This document shows positions 1-9,985 of a stretch of 64,000 bases of DNA, in pieces. Both the position numbers and the translations under genes were made by a program. Position 1 is the first letter of the stretch. Every line of letters begins with the position of its first letter. A model generated the notes under the pieces. The model was not told the origin of the DNA. It was given only the letters and a program-made list of their open reading frames with translations, and did not search any database. This DNA is from Candidatus Poribacteria bacterium (GTDB lineage: Bacteria > Poribacteria > WGA-4E > JAJDTR01): positions 4,032,001 to 4,096,000 of the forward strand of contig CBDCTK010000002.1 in the NCBI GenBank assembly GCA_965222225.1, in the 5' to 3' direction.

Positions 1-237
1 CTTGGGGATGCGTCCCTTCAGATCCGTGCGAACGCGCCGAATCGGGACATTGGCATAGGTGCCGAGGTGCAGCCCCTGATCCAGGAGGTGTTCCTGATAG
101 AATGTCGACAGGTACGGCAACAGTTGGCGAGGATCTCGAAAGTTGTGATGCACATCGCAGTCGACAATCGCAACGCCATCCTTGGGTTTAGCGGTCCAAC
201 CCGGCGCGGCAATCGGTGCGGCTCCTGCTTGACTCAT
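1..237 (-). CDS. Amidohydrolase-family protein, N-terminal part (runs off window start)
   Basis: Manual translation from ATG at 237 gives MSQAGAAP...VAIVDCDVHHNFRDPRQLLPYL; the IxDxDxH metal-binding start is typical of amidohydrolase_2; not in the ORF track because it has no stop in the window. Confidence 0.75.
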   Translation of the reverse strand, partial: MSQAGAAPIAAPGWTAKPKDGVAIVDCDVHHNFRDPRQLLPYLSTFYQEHLLDQGLHLGTYANVPIRRVRTDLKGRIPK

Positions 238-322
238 CTTATTGCCCTTTATACTTAAAATGATTAGGTCCTGTTAACATATATCTGAGGCGGCGCTGTA
301 ATTCGCCGAGAAATACCTAATT

Positions 323-418
323 GTAGGGGCGAGGAGGGGATCTCTATGGGAGTTCTATCGCAGTCATTATTCATTCCTTTGATCCTTCCTTATCCAGTCA
401 GTTGATCCTCGCCCCTAC
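323..418 (+). mobile_element. VB-unit doublet (337-407, inner unit 348-384) inside GTAGGGGCGAGG/CCTCGCCCCTAC REP palindrome
   Basis: gtaggggcgagga [gggatctctat [gggagttctatcgcagtcattattcattcctttgatc] cttccttatccagtcagttgatc] ctcgcccctac. Confidence 0.85.
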
Positions 419-556
419 GATATACGGTCACGTAACACGCCGGTTATTTGCGATTATACCAAATCGTCTCGACGCGCATCAGGGCGAAGACTCTCGGAAC
501 GGAGATGGGTTCAATTTGTCAAATGTCAACACGCGCTAGTACATTATGTAGGGTAC

Positions 557-593
557 GATCAACCGAGTGAGTAACGAGGGCGATAGAGGTTCT
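557..593 (-). mobile_element. Single VB unit
   Basis: gatcaa-cc-ga-gt-gagta-ac-ga-gg-gcgatag-aggttct, directly after a GTAGG REP start. Confidence 0.8.
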
Positions 594-652
594 CTCCCTG
601 TCGCGAGTAAAACTCGCTCCTACAGAAGATTGCTTAAGTTCTACTCTGCAAA

Positions 653-785
653 TTACGGCGTCCACGCTCGCGGCGCGATACCTTCAACGTGTGTCTTCAT
701 ATCAATGACCGCCGGCCTACCCGCGGCAAACGCCTGATCCAGCGCCCCCGCAAACTCGCTCGGTTTGTTGACCGTAATCCCGTTA
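653..785 (-). pseudogene. Duplicated 3' fragment of the TPP enzyme gene at 1655-3325
   Basis: GITVNKPSEFAGALDQAFAAGRPAVIDMKTHVEGIAPRAWTP nearly identical to the C-terminus of 1655..3325. Confidence 0.85.
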
Positions 786-798
786 CAACAATCGTACA

Positions 799-1245
799 TT
801 AGAACGGGATCAAGCGGCAAACCCAAAGCCCCAGAACTAAAGCGAACACACTCCCCGCAAGGCAATTTCGGATGGGTGCCGGGATTTTCAGCCAAGCCTT
901 CGGAAGTTTCCTCGGAAAGCATAAGGTGCCAATGGCTAACGGGACAATAAGATACGAAAACGGATGATAGCCCCAAGCCGTGGAAAATCTACCTTGCGCG
1001 AGAGAAACACAGGCGCGAGTCATACCGCAGCCGGGACACGGTATGTCCGTTACGAGGCGAAATGGACATGGCATCAGTGAAAGCTTGCCAATCGATAACC
1101 CTGACCATGCCGCGTAAATACCGACAAAGACAAGCCCAATCAGGAAAACTCGCGCAAGATGTACGTGATTAAAAGTCGGAGTGCTCACCGTAGGATTTGT
1201 TGATTTCCGCTTGTTGGATTGCCAGAGATGCGATACCGATACCAA
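799..1245 (-). CDS. DUF2752-type membrane protein (true start probably near 1190)
   Basis: CPFRLVTDIPCPGCGMTRA motif followed by hydrophobic helices. Confidence 0.8.
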   Translation of the reverse strand: MVSVSHLWQSNKRKSTNPTVSTPTFNHVHLARVFLIGLVFVGIYAAWSGLSIGKLSLMPCPFRLVTDIPCPGCGMTRACVSLAQGRFSTAWGYHPFSYLIVPLAIGTLCFPRKLPKAWLKIPAPIRNCLAGSVFALVLGLWVCRLIPF

Positions 1246-1441
1246 AAATCGCGAGCAAGACGCAGATAACTGCTAAATTATTGGCGACGCGCCAATCGTT
1301 GTTATGCTGAATCTCGTTGACCCCACTCGCCATTTTGTATTCGTAGTAAATGCCAAAGATACCGCACGTCAGAATGCTAAAAATTATCCCGAGTGCGATG
1401 CTTCTCACAGCGTCATTCATTGGATACGGATCGTCGCGCAT
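1169..1441 (-). CDS. DUF4234-type small membrane protein
   Basis: SILTCGIFGIYY...Q.EIN pattern. Confidence 0.75.
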   Translation of the reverse strand: MRDDPYPMNDAVRSIALGIIFSILTCGIFGIYYEYKMASGVNEIQHNNDWRVANNLAVICVLLAIFGIGIASLAIQQAEINKSYGEHSDF

Positions 1442-1654
1442 AATGGAACTTTTTCCATAAGGATACTTAGGAAACCGGAGTTGCCATCAATCAGAAATTT
1501 CGGGATCTGAGTTTTTGTCTATTAATCCCGCTTACGGGTCGGGCTAGAAGCCCGACCTACCGGGGTGGGTCGCAACTTGGGTTAGGTATGGTCGCTAAAT
1601 AATGTCAACGGCAAAGGATTCACGCCATGTCGAACAACCATCTCAAACATTTCA

Positions 1655-3325
1655 CTAGGGTGTCCAAGCCTGCGGCGCGATACCCTCAACGTGTGTCTTC
1701 ACATCAACGACCGCCGGTTTACCCGCGGCAAACGCCTGATCCAGCGCCCCTGCAAATTCGCTCGGTTTGTTGACTGTAATCCCGAAACAGCCCATCGATT
1801 CGGCGATCTTGGCGAAATCGGCGTCGGGGAAGAGCCACAGCTCGTCCGAACCCGCCGTTCGTCCGCCGTAGACAGATTCAACGCCTCCCTGCTCCTGATT
1901 GAGCGAATGATTATTGTTCACCAGAATGACTGCATTGATCTGGGATTTCACAGCGGTATCCAATTCCGAGATGTGGTACCAAATCCCGCCGTCGCCGGTG
2001 AAGCAGAGCACCGGTCTATCCGGCGCGGCACACTTGGCGCCCATCGCGGCGGGCAGCCCCCAACCCAGCGATCCCGAACAACGGATGAAGGTCTGATCGG
2101 GGTGTTTGAGGTCGAGCATGGTGCCCGTCCAAATACCCGAGTGCCCCGTATCGGAGACGAGAATCACGTCGGAAGGCAGATAGTCGCTCAATTCGCGGCA
2201 CAAGCGTTCCGGACGCATCGGCAGCACCTGGGAATTGACTTTGTCGCTAACGCTCGCTTTCCACGCCCGCACTAATTCCTGTACTCGGTTGACCCATGCG
2301 GTTCGCGGCTCACTCGTTTCCGAATGCTCAATCATTCGGCGCAGCGAATCCCTCACATCCCCTTGGAGTCCGACCTTGATTGGATAGTTGCGTCCCAGTT
2401 CCTCTGCGTTGATATCAAGCTGAATTGCCGGCGTCCCTTGAGGTGGAATCGTGTAACCGTTGGTCACTTGTCCGCCGGTGTGGCTGCCGATGAAGAACAC
2501 AAGGTCGGTTTCGCATAGGGCTTGGTTGGCGCAGTCGCGAGAGTAGGAGCCGGGCACGCCCACCGCCAATGGGTGATCGTGCGGGAACATCGCTTTGGCA
2601 TTTAGCGCCGTGGCTACCGGGATGGACAGCTTTTCGGCGAATGCGATGAGTTCGGCTCGGGCTCCCGAAGCGGTCACGCCGCCGCCAGCTACGATGATGG
2701 GTCGCTCGGCTTCGTTCAGAAGCTGAAGTGCCGCCGTCACCTTCTCTACCTCAGCTTCCGGTCGGAAAGGCGGGAGCTGCGAGAACATATCCTCAATCAC
2801 AACATCCAAGTCCGCCTCGTGATCTATGACCACCTGCCCCGCGAGTCCCTCCAGATCCAGATGCGTCGGTCCCGGAGTGCCCGAGGTAGCCGAACGGAAG
2901 GCTTGTCGCAGATAGATTGGGAGTTGCTCCGTTGAATTGACAAGAGCGCTGTATTTGGTCACCGCGGAGAAAGGACTCGCATGATTCACTTCCTGATACG
3001 CGTGGCGAAGCTGGCTAATCTGGCTCTCGCGCCCGGTGATGGCAATGACCGGCGAGCACGCCAGATAGGCGTCTTGCAACCCGGCTGCGAGATTGACCGC
3101 GCCCACGGACTGAGACATGCAGAGACTGGGACCGCGCTTCACGCGGGCATAGGCGTCCGCCATGTATGCCGCTCCCTTCTCCCCGTGCGTCTGCACGCGC
3201 TTAATCCCCAACTTCTCCATTTCCATCAACGCTCTGGGACCGATATAGGGCATAAAAAAGACATGGGTAATCCCATATCCGTGGACGGTATCTGCGAGGA
3301 ACTTCGCTCCTGTCATTTTGGGCAT
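1655..3325 (-). CDS. Thiamine pyrophosphate-dependent enzyme (acetolactate synthase large-subunit-like)
   Basis: HGEKGAAYMADAYAR N-terminal motif; GDGG...NN TPP-binding motif; 556 aa. Confidence 0.9.
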   Translation of the reverse strand: MPKMTGAKFLADTVHGYGITHVFFMPYIGPRALMEMEKLGIKRVQTHGEKGAAYMADAYARVKRGPSLCMSQSVGAVNLAAGLQDAYLACSPVIAITGRESQISQLRHAYQEVNHASPFSAVTKYSALVNSTEQLPIYLRQAFRSATSGTPGPTHLDLEGLAGQVVIDHEADLDVVIEDMFSQLPPFRPEAEVEKVTAALQLLNEAERPIIVAGGGVTASGARAELIAFAEKLSIPVATALNAKAMFPHDHPLAVGVPGSYSRDCANQALCETDLVFFIGSHTGGQVTNGYTIPPQGTPAIQLDINAEELGRNYPIKVGLQGDVRDSLRRMIEHSETSEPRTAWVNRVQELVRAWKASVSDKVNSQVLPMRPERLCRELSDYLPSDVILVSDTGHSGIWTGTMLDLKHPDQTFIRCSGSLGWGLPAAMGAKCAAPDRPVLCFTGDGGIWYHISELDTAVKSQINAVILVNNNHSLNQEQGGVESVYGGRTAGSDELWLFPDADFAKIAESMGCFGITVNKPSEFAGALDQAFAAGKPAVVDVKTHVEGIAPQAWTP

Positions 3326-3525
3326 GGTGTGGTTTCCTTCTGTGATTTCGGGATTGAATTATTTCCGGATGCAAGTACGTTTGAAGGCAAGCGTGGAAGC
3401 AAAACTCCGACGGCATGAGAAACATTATAGCCCGATTCCCCGACTAAGGCAAGCGATTTCTGTGATTTCGCGCTTTTCGTTGGAGGTGGAAGAATGGAAG
3501 GCTAGAAGGAGGGAAGGAAGAAACC

Positions 3526-3713
3526 GATCAAGCGAGCGATTAGAGAGTGCGGTAGAGATTCTACCAGCCTTTAAATGCCACAGAGTGGGATTAAGTGAGG
3601 AGTAGCAATCAATGAAACGGATAGTGACAGGAATTTCTATGGGAGCCCTATCGCACTGACTATGAGATCTTCTATCGCCTTCGCTATTCACTCAGTTGAT
3701 CGATAGGGATTCC
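3526..3713. mobile_element. VB-unit cluster: decayed unit 3526-3562, plus a minus-strand unit (3607-3713) split by plus-strand units
   Basis: aatcaatgaaacggatagtgac [aggaatttctat gggagccctatcgcactgactat gagatcttctatcgccttcgctattcactcagttgatc] gatagggattcc. Confidence 0.75.
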
Positions 3714-3813
3714 TTTTCAAGAAAAAACTCGGTTTCTAGGGGAAATCAGCGATTTTATGATCGCAGATCTTCTGCCATCAGGTACGATTGTCTTGGAGTT
3801 GTGGAGGCCACAT

Positions 3814-3842
3814 TTGACTCTAGCCGTAGATTCAGGTAAAAT
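3814..3842 (+). promoter_or_regulatory. sigma70-like promoter of hsdR
   Basis: TTGACT-17 bp-TAAAAT. Confidence 0.6.
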
Positions 3843-3913
3843 AACCTATAGAGTCAAGAATTTATGCGTCCGATAACGAACGGTAATTTCACTTTCCCGC
3901 AGATAACGAAGAC

Positions 3914-6667
3914 ATGACACCCGAGCAAAAAGCGCGGCAAAACATCGACCAATTACTCACGGCAGCGGGCTGGACGATTCAGCACCGCGAACAGATGAAC
4001 CTTGGCGCATCGCAAGGCGTGGCGGTACGCGAGTTTCAGATGGCGTCCGGTCCCGCGGACTACCTGCTATTCATCGACAGAAAAGCTGCCGGAGCGGTCG
4101 AAGCCAAACCCGAAGGCACCACCCTCGGCGGCGTCTCCGAACAAACCGAGCGATACCTCACCGGGATTCCGGCGAACCTTCCATGCCATCAACGCCCTCT
4201 GCCGTTTGGCTATGAAAGCACCGGGGTTGAAACCTTCTTCCGTGATTTGCGCGAACCGGATTCCCGCTCCCGCCGCGTTTTCGCTTTCAACAGACCGGAA
4301 ACCTTCGCGCGGTGGATTGCACAGGGGCGCACCTTGCGGCACCATCTCAAAGAATTGCCGGCGTTGGATGTGCATGGACTGCGAAACTGCCAAATCGAAG
4401 CCATTGAGAACCTGGAGCGGTCGTTTGTCGACAATCGACCTCGCGCGCTAATCCAGATGGCAACCGGCAGCGGGAAAACGTACACCGCCGTGAGTTTCGC
4501 CTATCGGCTCGTCAAGTTCGCAAGAGCCAACAGGATACTGTTTCTCGTTGATCGCAGCAATCTTGGAAGGCAGACGCTAAAAGAATTTCAGCAGTATACC
4601 ACACCGGACGACGGTAGGAAATTCACGAAACTTTACAACGTGCAACATCTCGCCGCCAACCGGATTGACGAGGTGAGTAAGGTCTGTATCACTACGATTC
4701 AGCGGCTGTATTCGATGCTGAAAGGAGAGCCGGATGTGGATGAGCAGATCGAGGGGCGTTCGTTGTACGACCTTGGATTGGCGAATCAAGCCGCCGAGGT
4801 GGAATACAACCCCGCCATCCCCATCTCGACGTTTGATTTCATCATCACCGACGAGTGCCATCGCTCGATCTACAACCGCTGGCGGCCAGTGCTGGAATAC
4901 TTTGACGCTTTTATCGTGGGTCTCACCGCTACGCCGTCAAAGCAGACGCTCGGATTCTTCGATCAGAATTTGGTCACGGAGTATAGCCACGAGCGCGCGG
5001 TTACCGATGGCGTCAACGTCGGGTATGAGGTGTACCGCATCAAGACAGAGATTACGGAGCGGGGCGACGTCGTCGAAGCTGGCTTTTACGTTGACAAACT
5101 GGACAAACGTACCCGCGCAACTCGATTGGAACAGCTTGATGAGGACATGGAATACGGCGCGAATCAGCTTGACCGCGCTGTGGTGGCGCCCGACCAGATT
5201 CGCACCGTGATTCGAACATTTCGAGAGAATCTGTTTACGCAGATTTTTCCCGGCAGAACTGATGTGCCCAAAACGCTAATCTTCGCCAAGGACGACTCGC
5301 ACGCCGAGGACATCATGCGCATCGTCCGCGAAGAATTCGCGCGGGGCAACGAGTTCTGCAAGAAGATTACTTACCAGACAACCGGCGAGAGACCGGAAGA
5401 TTTGCTCGCCAGCTTCCGAAACTCCTACAATCCGCGCATCGCGGTTACGGTGGACATGGTGGCTACCGGGACGGATATCAAGCCGCTGGAGTGCATTATC
5501 TTCATGCGAAACATCAGATCAGCGGTCTACTTTGAGCAGATGAAGGGCAGAGGCACCCGCACGATATCGTCAACAGATTTGCGGGCGGTCACACCTGACA
5601 CCGCTCATAAAACCCATTTCGTGATTGTCGATGCGGTCGGCGTTTGCGAGAATGACAAAACCGATTCCCGACCGTTTGAGCGGAAACGCAGTGTGCCGCT
5701 TGATAAACTGCTTGAATCCGTCGCGCTCGGTGCCCGAGATTCCGATACCCTGACGACGTTGGCGAGCAGGCTGGCGCGTCTGGACCGCCAGATCGAAGGT
5801 GATGCGCGGCATCAGATTGCCGAAGTGTCGGGAGGCGTCTCCCTGCGCGATATGATTCAAAACTTATTTGAGGCAACCAATCCGGACGAACAGCCTGAAG
5901 ACGGGCAACCCCTTATATTGACGGAATCGACCGAGGAATACCTAACGCCGGAGTTGATTCGGGAGAGGATGGATCAACTCGTTACCGAGGCGTGCAAACC
6001 TTTCGACAATCCCGAATTGCGTAACACCCTCGTTGAACTGAGAAGGCAACACGAGCAGACGATTGACATCGTAAGCCAAGACAGCGTCATCTCCTCGGAA
6101 TTTGACGAAGCGGCTAAGGAGCGAGCGGAGCGCCTCGTGAACGGCTTCAAGCAGTTTATTGAAGACAACAGAGACGAGTTGACAGCGATTCAGCTTATCT
6201 ACAGCAAACCCTACGGACAGCGCAATCTCACCTATCAGCAGGTTAAGGAGCTTGCCGATGCCATCGAAAGACCGCCGTACCAACTCACGCAAGAGAAATT
6301 GTGGCAGGCTTACCAACAGTTGGAACAATCGAAAGTCAAGGGGGCGGGAGCGCAAAAACTATTGACCGACATCATATCGTTGGTGCGTTTTGCGATTGAG
6401 GAGACTCAGACGCTTGAACCTTACAGAGAATCCGTAAATCGGCGGTTTCGGGGATGGCTCGCCGATCAGGAAAGGCAGTTTTCGGCGGAACAGATGGCGT
6501 GGCTGGAGATGATTAAAGACCATATTGCCACGTCGCTAAATATTGAAATGGAAGATTTTGCGGAAATACCGTTTCAGGCAAAGGGCGGGGCGATTAGGGT
6601 GCATCAGTTGTTTGGCGAGGAGTTGACCCAGATCCTGGCGGAGCTGAATGAACGGCTGGCAGCGTAA
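3914..6667 (+). CDS. hsdR: Type I restriction endonuclease subunit R (EcoEI/EcoAI-like)
   Basis: ADY..VEAK nuclease motif, MATGSGKT Walker A, DECH box, QMKGRGTR, EcoEI_R_C-like tail. Confidence 0.95.
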   Translation: MTPEQKARQNIDQLLTAAGWTIQHREQMNLGASQGVAVREFQMASGPADYLLFIDRKAAGAVEAKPEGTTLGGVSEQTERYLTGIPANLPCHQRPLPFGYESTGVETFFRDLREPDSRSRRVFAFNRPETFARWIAQGRTLRHHLKELPALDVHGLRNCQIEAIENLERSFVDNRPRALIQMATGSGKTYTAVSFAYRLVKFARANRILFLVDRSNLGRQTLKEFQQYTTPDDGRKFTKLYNVQHLAANRIDEVSKVCITTIQRLYSMLKGEPDVDEQIEGRSLYDLGLANQAAEVEYNPAIPISTFDFIITDECHRSIYNRWRPVLEYFDAFIVGLTATPSKQTLGFFDQNLVTEYSHERAVTDGVNVGYEVYRIKTEITERGDVVEAGFYVDKLDKRTRATRLEQLDEDMEYGANQLDRAVVAPDQIRTVIRTFRENLFTQIFPGRTDVPKTLIFAKDDSHAEDIMRIVREEFARGNEFCKKITYQTTGERPEDLLASFRNSYNPRIAVTVDMVATGTDIKPLECIIFMRNIRSAVYFEQMKGRGTRTISSTDLRAVTPDTAHKTHFVIVDAVGVCENDKTDSRPFERKRSVPLDKLLESVALGARDSDTLTTLASRLARLDRQIEGDARHQIAEVSGGVSLRDMIQNLFEATNPDEQPEDGQPLILTESTEEYLTPELIRERMDQLVTEACKPFDNPELRNTLVELRRQHEQTIDIVSQDSVISSEFDEAAKERAERLVNGFKQFIEDNRDELTAIQLIYSKPYGQRNLTYQQVKELADAIERPPYQLTQEKLWQAYQQLEQSKVKGAGAQKLLTDIISLVRFAIEETQTLEPYRESVNRRFRGWLADQERQFSAEQMAWLEMIKDHIATSLNIEMEDFAEIPFQAKGGAIRVHQLFGEELTQILAELNERLAA

Positions 6668-6841
6668 GGTATATGCTTTATCTCTTTTACTAAGAATCGA
6701 TGGTTTAGACCAAAGCCGATTTCACGGATGCAACTTATTTCAGAGTTTGGCATCTATGTCTGATCTGATATCTCGCATTGGCGCAAATTCACAGCTCACG
6801 TTACTAACATCGTATCTTATTGACAATCACCTAAAAATAAC

Positions 6842-6920
6842 TTGACAAAACGTTAATAGCGTTGCATCTTATTAACGTTAATATCAAAGAACGTTAATTA
6901 CGCTGTACTTTATTAACGTA
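6842..6920 (+). promoter_or_regulatory. Promoter (-35 TTGACA) overlapped by two tandem 31-bp inverted-repeat operators upstream of fic
   Basis: AACGTTAATA-11-TATTAACGTT (6849-6879) and AACGTTAATT-11-TATTAACGTA (6890-6920). Confidence 0.7.
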
Positions 6921-6932
6921 ATTTCATTTAAA

Positions 6933-8123
6933 ATGAATCCTGAAGACTTCAAGAATTCAACTGCCGGTCAATGCATGCGCACGATACGTGAGCCAGCCTA
7001 TTGGGCTTATGTGCCACATCCGCTTCCGCCGAAGATTGAAGTGGATTGGGAGTTGGCGAATCTTTTATCAACAGCAGGCACCAAACTTGGCGAGTTGTCC
7101 GGTGCGGGCCAACTGCTTCCAAATCCGCATCTGTTGATTAGACCGTTTATCCGGCGTGAAGCCGTGATGAGTTCGAGAATTGAAAACACCCAATCCGGCT
7201 TGGATGATCTTTTTCTGTTTGAGGCAGATGACGGGGAACCGCCCTCTGGGTCCGATGTGAATGAGATTATCAACTACGTTAGAGCCATGGAATACGGCGT
7301 CAAACGATTAGCGAAGTTGCCGATCAGTTCACGACTGATCTGTGAAATACACGGAATTCTCATGGACGGAGTGCGGGGCGACTCTGCAACGCCGGGGGAG
7401 ATGCGGAGGAGCCAAAACTGGATCGGTAGCCCCGGGTGCACGTTGATGGATGCCGCCTATGTTCCTCCGCCGCTCCCCGAGATGAAAGAATGTTTATCAG
7501 ACTTGGAAAAATACATCAATTCCGACGCAAGAGAGCCAGCTTTGATTCAATGTGCCCTGGTTCATTATCAGTTTGAGGCGATTCACCCGTTTGTCGATGG
7601 CAACGGAAGGATTGGCAGGCTTTTGATAACGTTTATGCTATTGGAAAGGAAACTGCTCTCGCAGCCTCTTCTTTATCTTTCCGATTTCTTCGAACAACAC
7701 AGAGATGAATATTATAGATTGCTGTTGACTGTAAGCCAAAAAGGCGACTGGAAAGCGTGGCTTACGTTTTTCCTAAACGGGGTGCGTCAACAGTCGGAAG
7801 ATGCCCTTGCGACGATTCAAAAATTGCTTGACCTGCAGAAACAATACAGGGAGGTTGCAACCGGTCAAAGAGTGCCGAAGATTGTAAATCGCTTGATCGA
7901 CCATCTGTTTACCGGTCCTATTGTCTCAATTTCACAGTTGTCGAAGACGTGGAAGATGCCGTTTCCCACGGTTAAACGGGGAGTGGATTACCTTATCGAA
8001 AAAGGCATACTTGTGGAAATAACCGGGAGGCAGCGAAATCGCCTGTTTGTTGCGAATGAAATATTCAATACAATCATGACAGAACGAACAAAATCAATGA
8101 ACCCGGGGAAACAGGTAACATGA
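6933..8123 (+). CDS. Fic family protein (class II-type, C-terminal wHTH)
   Basis: HPFVDGNGRIGR Fic motif; N-terminal SSRIEN inhibitory motif. Confidence 0.92.
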   Translation: MNPEDFKNSTAGQCMRTIREPAYWAYVPHPLPPKIEVDWELANLLSTAGTKLGELSGAGQLLPNPHLLIRPFIRREAVMSSRIENTQSGLDDLFLFEADDGEPPSGSDVNEIINYVRAMEYGVKRLAKLPISSRLICEIHGILMDGVRGDSATPGEMRRSQNWIGSPGCTLMDAAYVPPPLPEMKECLSDLEKYINSDAREPALIQCALVHYQFEAIHPFVDGNGRIGRLLITFMLLERKLLSQPLLYLSDFFEQHRDEYYRLLLTVSQKGDWKAWLTFFLNGVRQQSEDALATIQKLLDLQKQYREVATGQRVPKIVNRLIDHLFTGPIVSISQLSKTWKMPFPTVKRGVDYLIEKGILVEITGRQRNRLFVANEIFNTIMTERTKSMNPGKQVT

Positions 8124-9580
8124 GCGAAACCGATGTCGGTCTGTCTGAACTACCCGATGGGTGGGTGTGGACGACATTGGAGGAGATTTGCAAAATTATA
8201 TTGGGGCAATCGCCACCATCCTCGACTTATAATACTCAAGGAGAAGGACTTCCTTTTTACCAAGGCAAACTTGAATTTGGCGGGACCTACCCCACGCCAC
8301 GAAAATGGTGTACCGCTCCAAAGAAAATCGCCGAAACCGGGGATATACTAATCTCTGTTCGCGCTCCGGTTGGACCGACGAACATCTGTCCAGAAAAATC
8401 CTGCGTGGGTAGAGGGCTTGCGGCAATTAGGGGATTAGGTGGAATTGAACCCCTTTTTATTTTGTACTTGATGCGTACATTTGAGGATGAGATTGCGGGA
8501 AAGGGCACTGGAACAACCTTCGACGCGATAACGGGAAATCAACTCAAAACCTTTGTAATTCCCCTTCCCCCACTCCCCGAACAACACCGGATTGTCGCCA
8601 AGATTGAAGACCTCTTCACCAAACTTGACGCAGGCATTGACGCCCTCCACAAGGTACAAGCCCAACTGAAGCGGTATCGCCAATCCGTCCTGAAAGCCGC
8701 CTTTGAAGGAAAACTCACGGAAACGTGGCGAGCAGAGCATCAGGACGAGATTGAGTCTGCTTCTGTGCTTCTTGAGCGCATTCTCAAAGAGCGACGTGAG
8801 AAGTGGGAGGCAGAGCAGTTTGGGCAGATGAAGGCGCAGGGGGAAGTACCCAAAGATGACAAATGGAAGGCGAAGTATGAAGAACCTACTCCCCCCGATA
8901 CAAGTGAACTACCCAAGTTGCCAAAGGGGTGGTTGTGGGCAACGCTACCTCAAATTGGTGAATTGAATCGTGGGAAGTCAAAACATCGTCCCAGAAATGC
9001 ACCCGTTTTATACGGTGGTCCATATCCATTCGTGCAGACAGGAGACATTAGACATGCTACGGGTTTGATACGACACCATAACCTAACATATAGTGAGAAA
9101 GGGCTTAAGCAGAGTCGTTTATGGCCTGCCGGTACGCTTTGCATTACTATTGCTGCAAATATAGCTGATACCGCAATTCTTGGATTTGATGCGTGTTTTC
9201 CAGATAGCATGGTTGGCTTCTTGCCAGAACAAGGTCACTGTAAAATTCATTTTATTGAATTCTTTTTACGGACCGCTAAGGAAGATCTAGAGCGATATGC
9301 TCCTGCTACGGCTCAAAAGAACATCAATTTAGCAACTTTAAGAGACTTGGCAATTCCTTTTCCGCCGTTAGCTGAACAAAACGCACTCGCCGACGAGATA
9401 AACCGTCGCCTCTCCGTCGCCGATGAAGTGGAGAAGACCGTTGCGGCGGAGTTGAAACGCACCGAGCAGTTGCGTCAGTCGATTCTCAAAAAAGCCTTCT
9501 CCGGGGGATTGGTGCCGCAAGACCCAAGCGATGATCCTGCCAGCGTCTTGCTTGAAGGAATCAGGGCAGAGAAATCGTAG
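8120..9580 (+). CDS. hsdS: Type I R-M specificity subunit S
   Basis: LPDGWVW / LPKGWLW TRD starts, PPLPEQ / PPLAEQ conserved regions, LKAAFEGKL and LKKAFSGGL. Confidence 0.95.
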   Translation: MSETDVGLSELPDGWVWTTLEEICKIILGQSPPSSTYNTQGEGLPFYQGKLEFGGTYPTPRKWCTAPKKIAETGDILISVRAPVGPTNICPEKSCVGRGLAAIRGLGGIEPLFILYLMRTFEDEIAGKGTGTTFDAITGNQLKTFVIPLPPLPEQHRIVAKIEDLFTKLDAGIDALHKVQAQLKRYRQSVLKAAFEGKLTETWRAEHQDEIESASVLLERILKERREKWEAEQFGQMKAQGEVPKDDKWKAKYEEPTPPDTSELPKLPKGWLWATLPQIGELNRGKSKHRPRNAPVLYGGPYPFVQTGDIRHATGLIRHHNLTYSEKGLKQSRLWPAGTLCITIAANIADTAILGFDACFPDSMVGFLPEQGHCKIHFIEFFLRTAKEDLERYAPATAQKNINLATLRDLAIPFPPLAEQNALADEINRRLSVADEVEKTVAAELKRTEQLRQSILKKAFSGGLVPQDPSDDPASVLLEGIRAEKS

Positions 9581-9646
9581 TGCATTTAACAAAAATTTAG
9601 GTTAAAATTATCTACTGCAACCACCTTACATGGGAGGCAAGAAAAC

Positions 9647-9913
9647 ATGGAACAAACCCAGAAAGCGCGGGCTACCGCCCCCCTCCTTGCGCTAGCCGGG
9701 ACACTTGAGTGTGAAATCGCAGACATAGAAAACACGATGCCAGCGACGATTCGGAATACTAACACCAATCAATCCCTGGAAACGCAGGGGGCTGATCCAC
9801 TCCTTGCATTGGCAGGCACACTCGAATGTGAGGTGACAGACATAGGTGAACGCCACGACGACTATATCGGAGACGCACTGCTGGCAGAACTACAAGAAGA
9901 CAACGATGAATAA
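9647..9913 (+). CDS. Small antitoxin-like protein with an internal duplication
   Basis: PLLALAGTLEC occurs twice; ends DIGERHDDYI; RBS ggagg upstream. Confidence 0.55.
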   Translation: MEQTQKARATAPLLALAGTLECEIADIENTMPATIRNTNTNQSLETQGADPLLALAGTLECEVTDIGERHDDYIGDALLAELQEDNDE

Positions 9914-9985
9914 GGAATTTGGCGAAACGCCCCGATGGACGCGTTTAATGTAATCATTTCTCAATCCCGGAATAGGTGACCCGTT

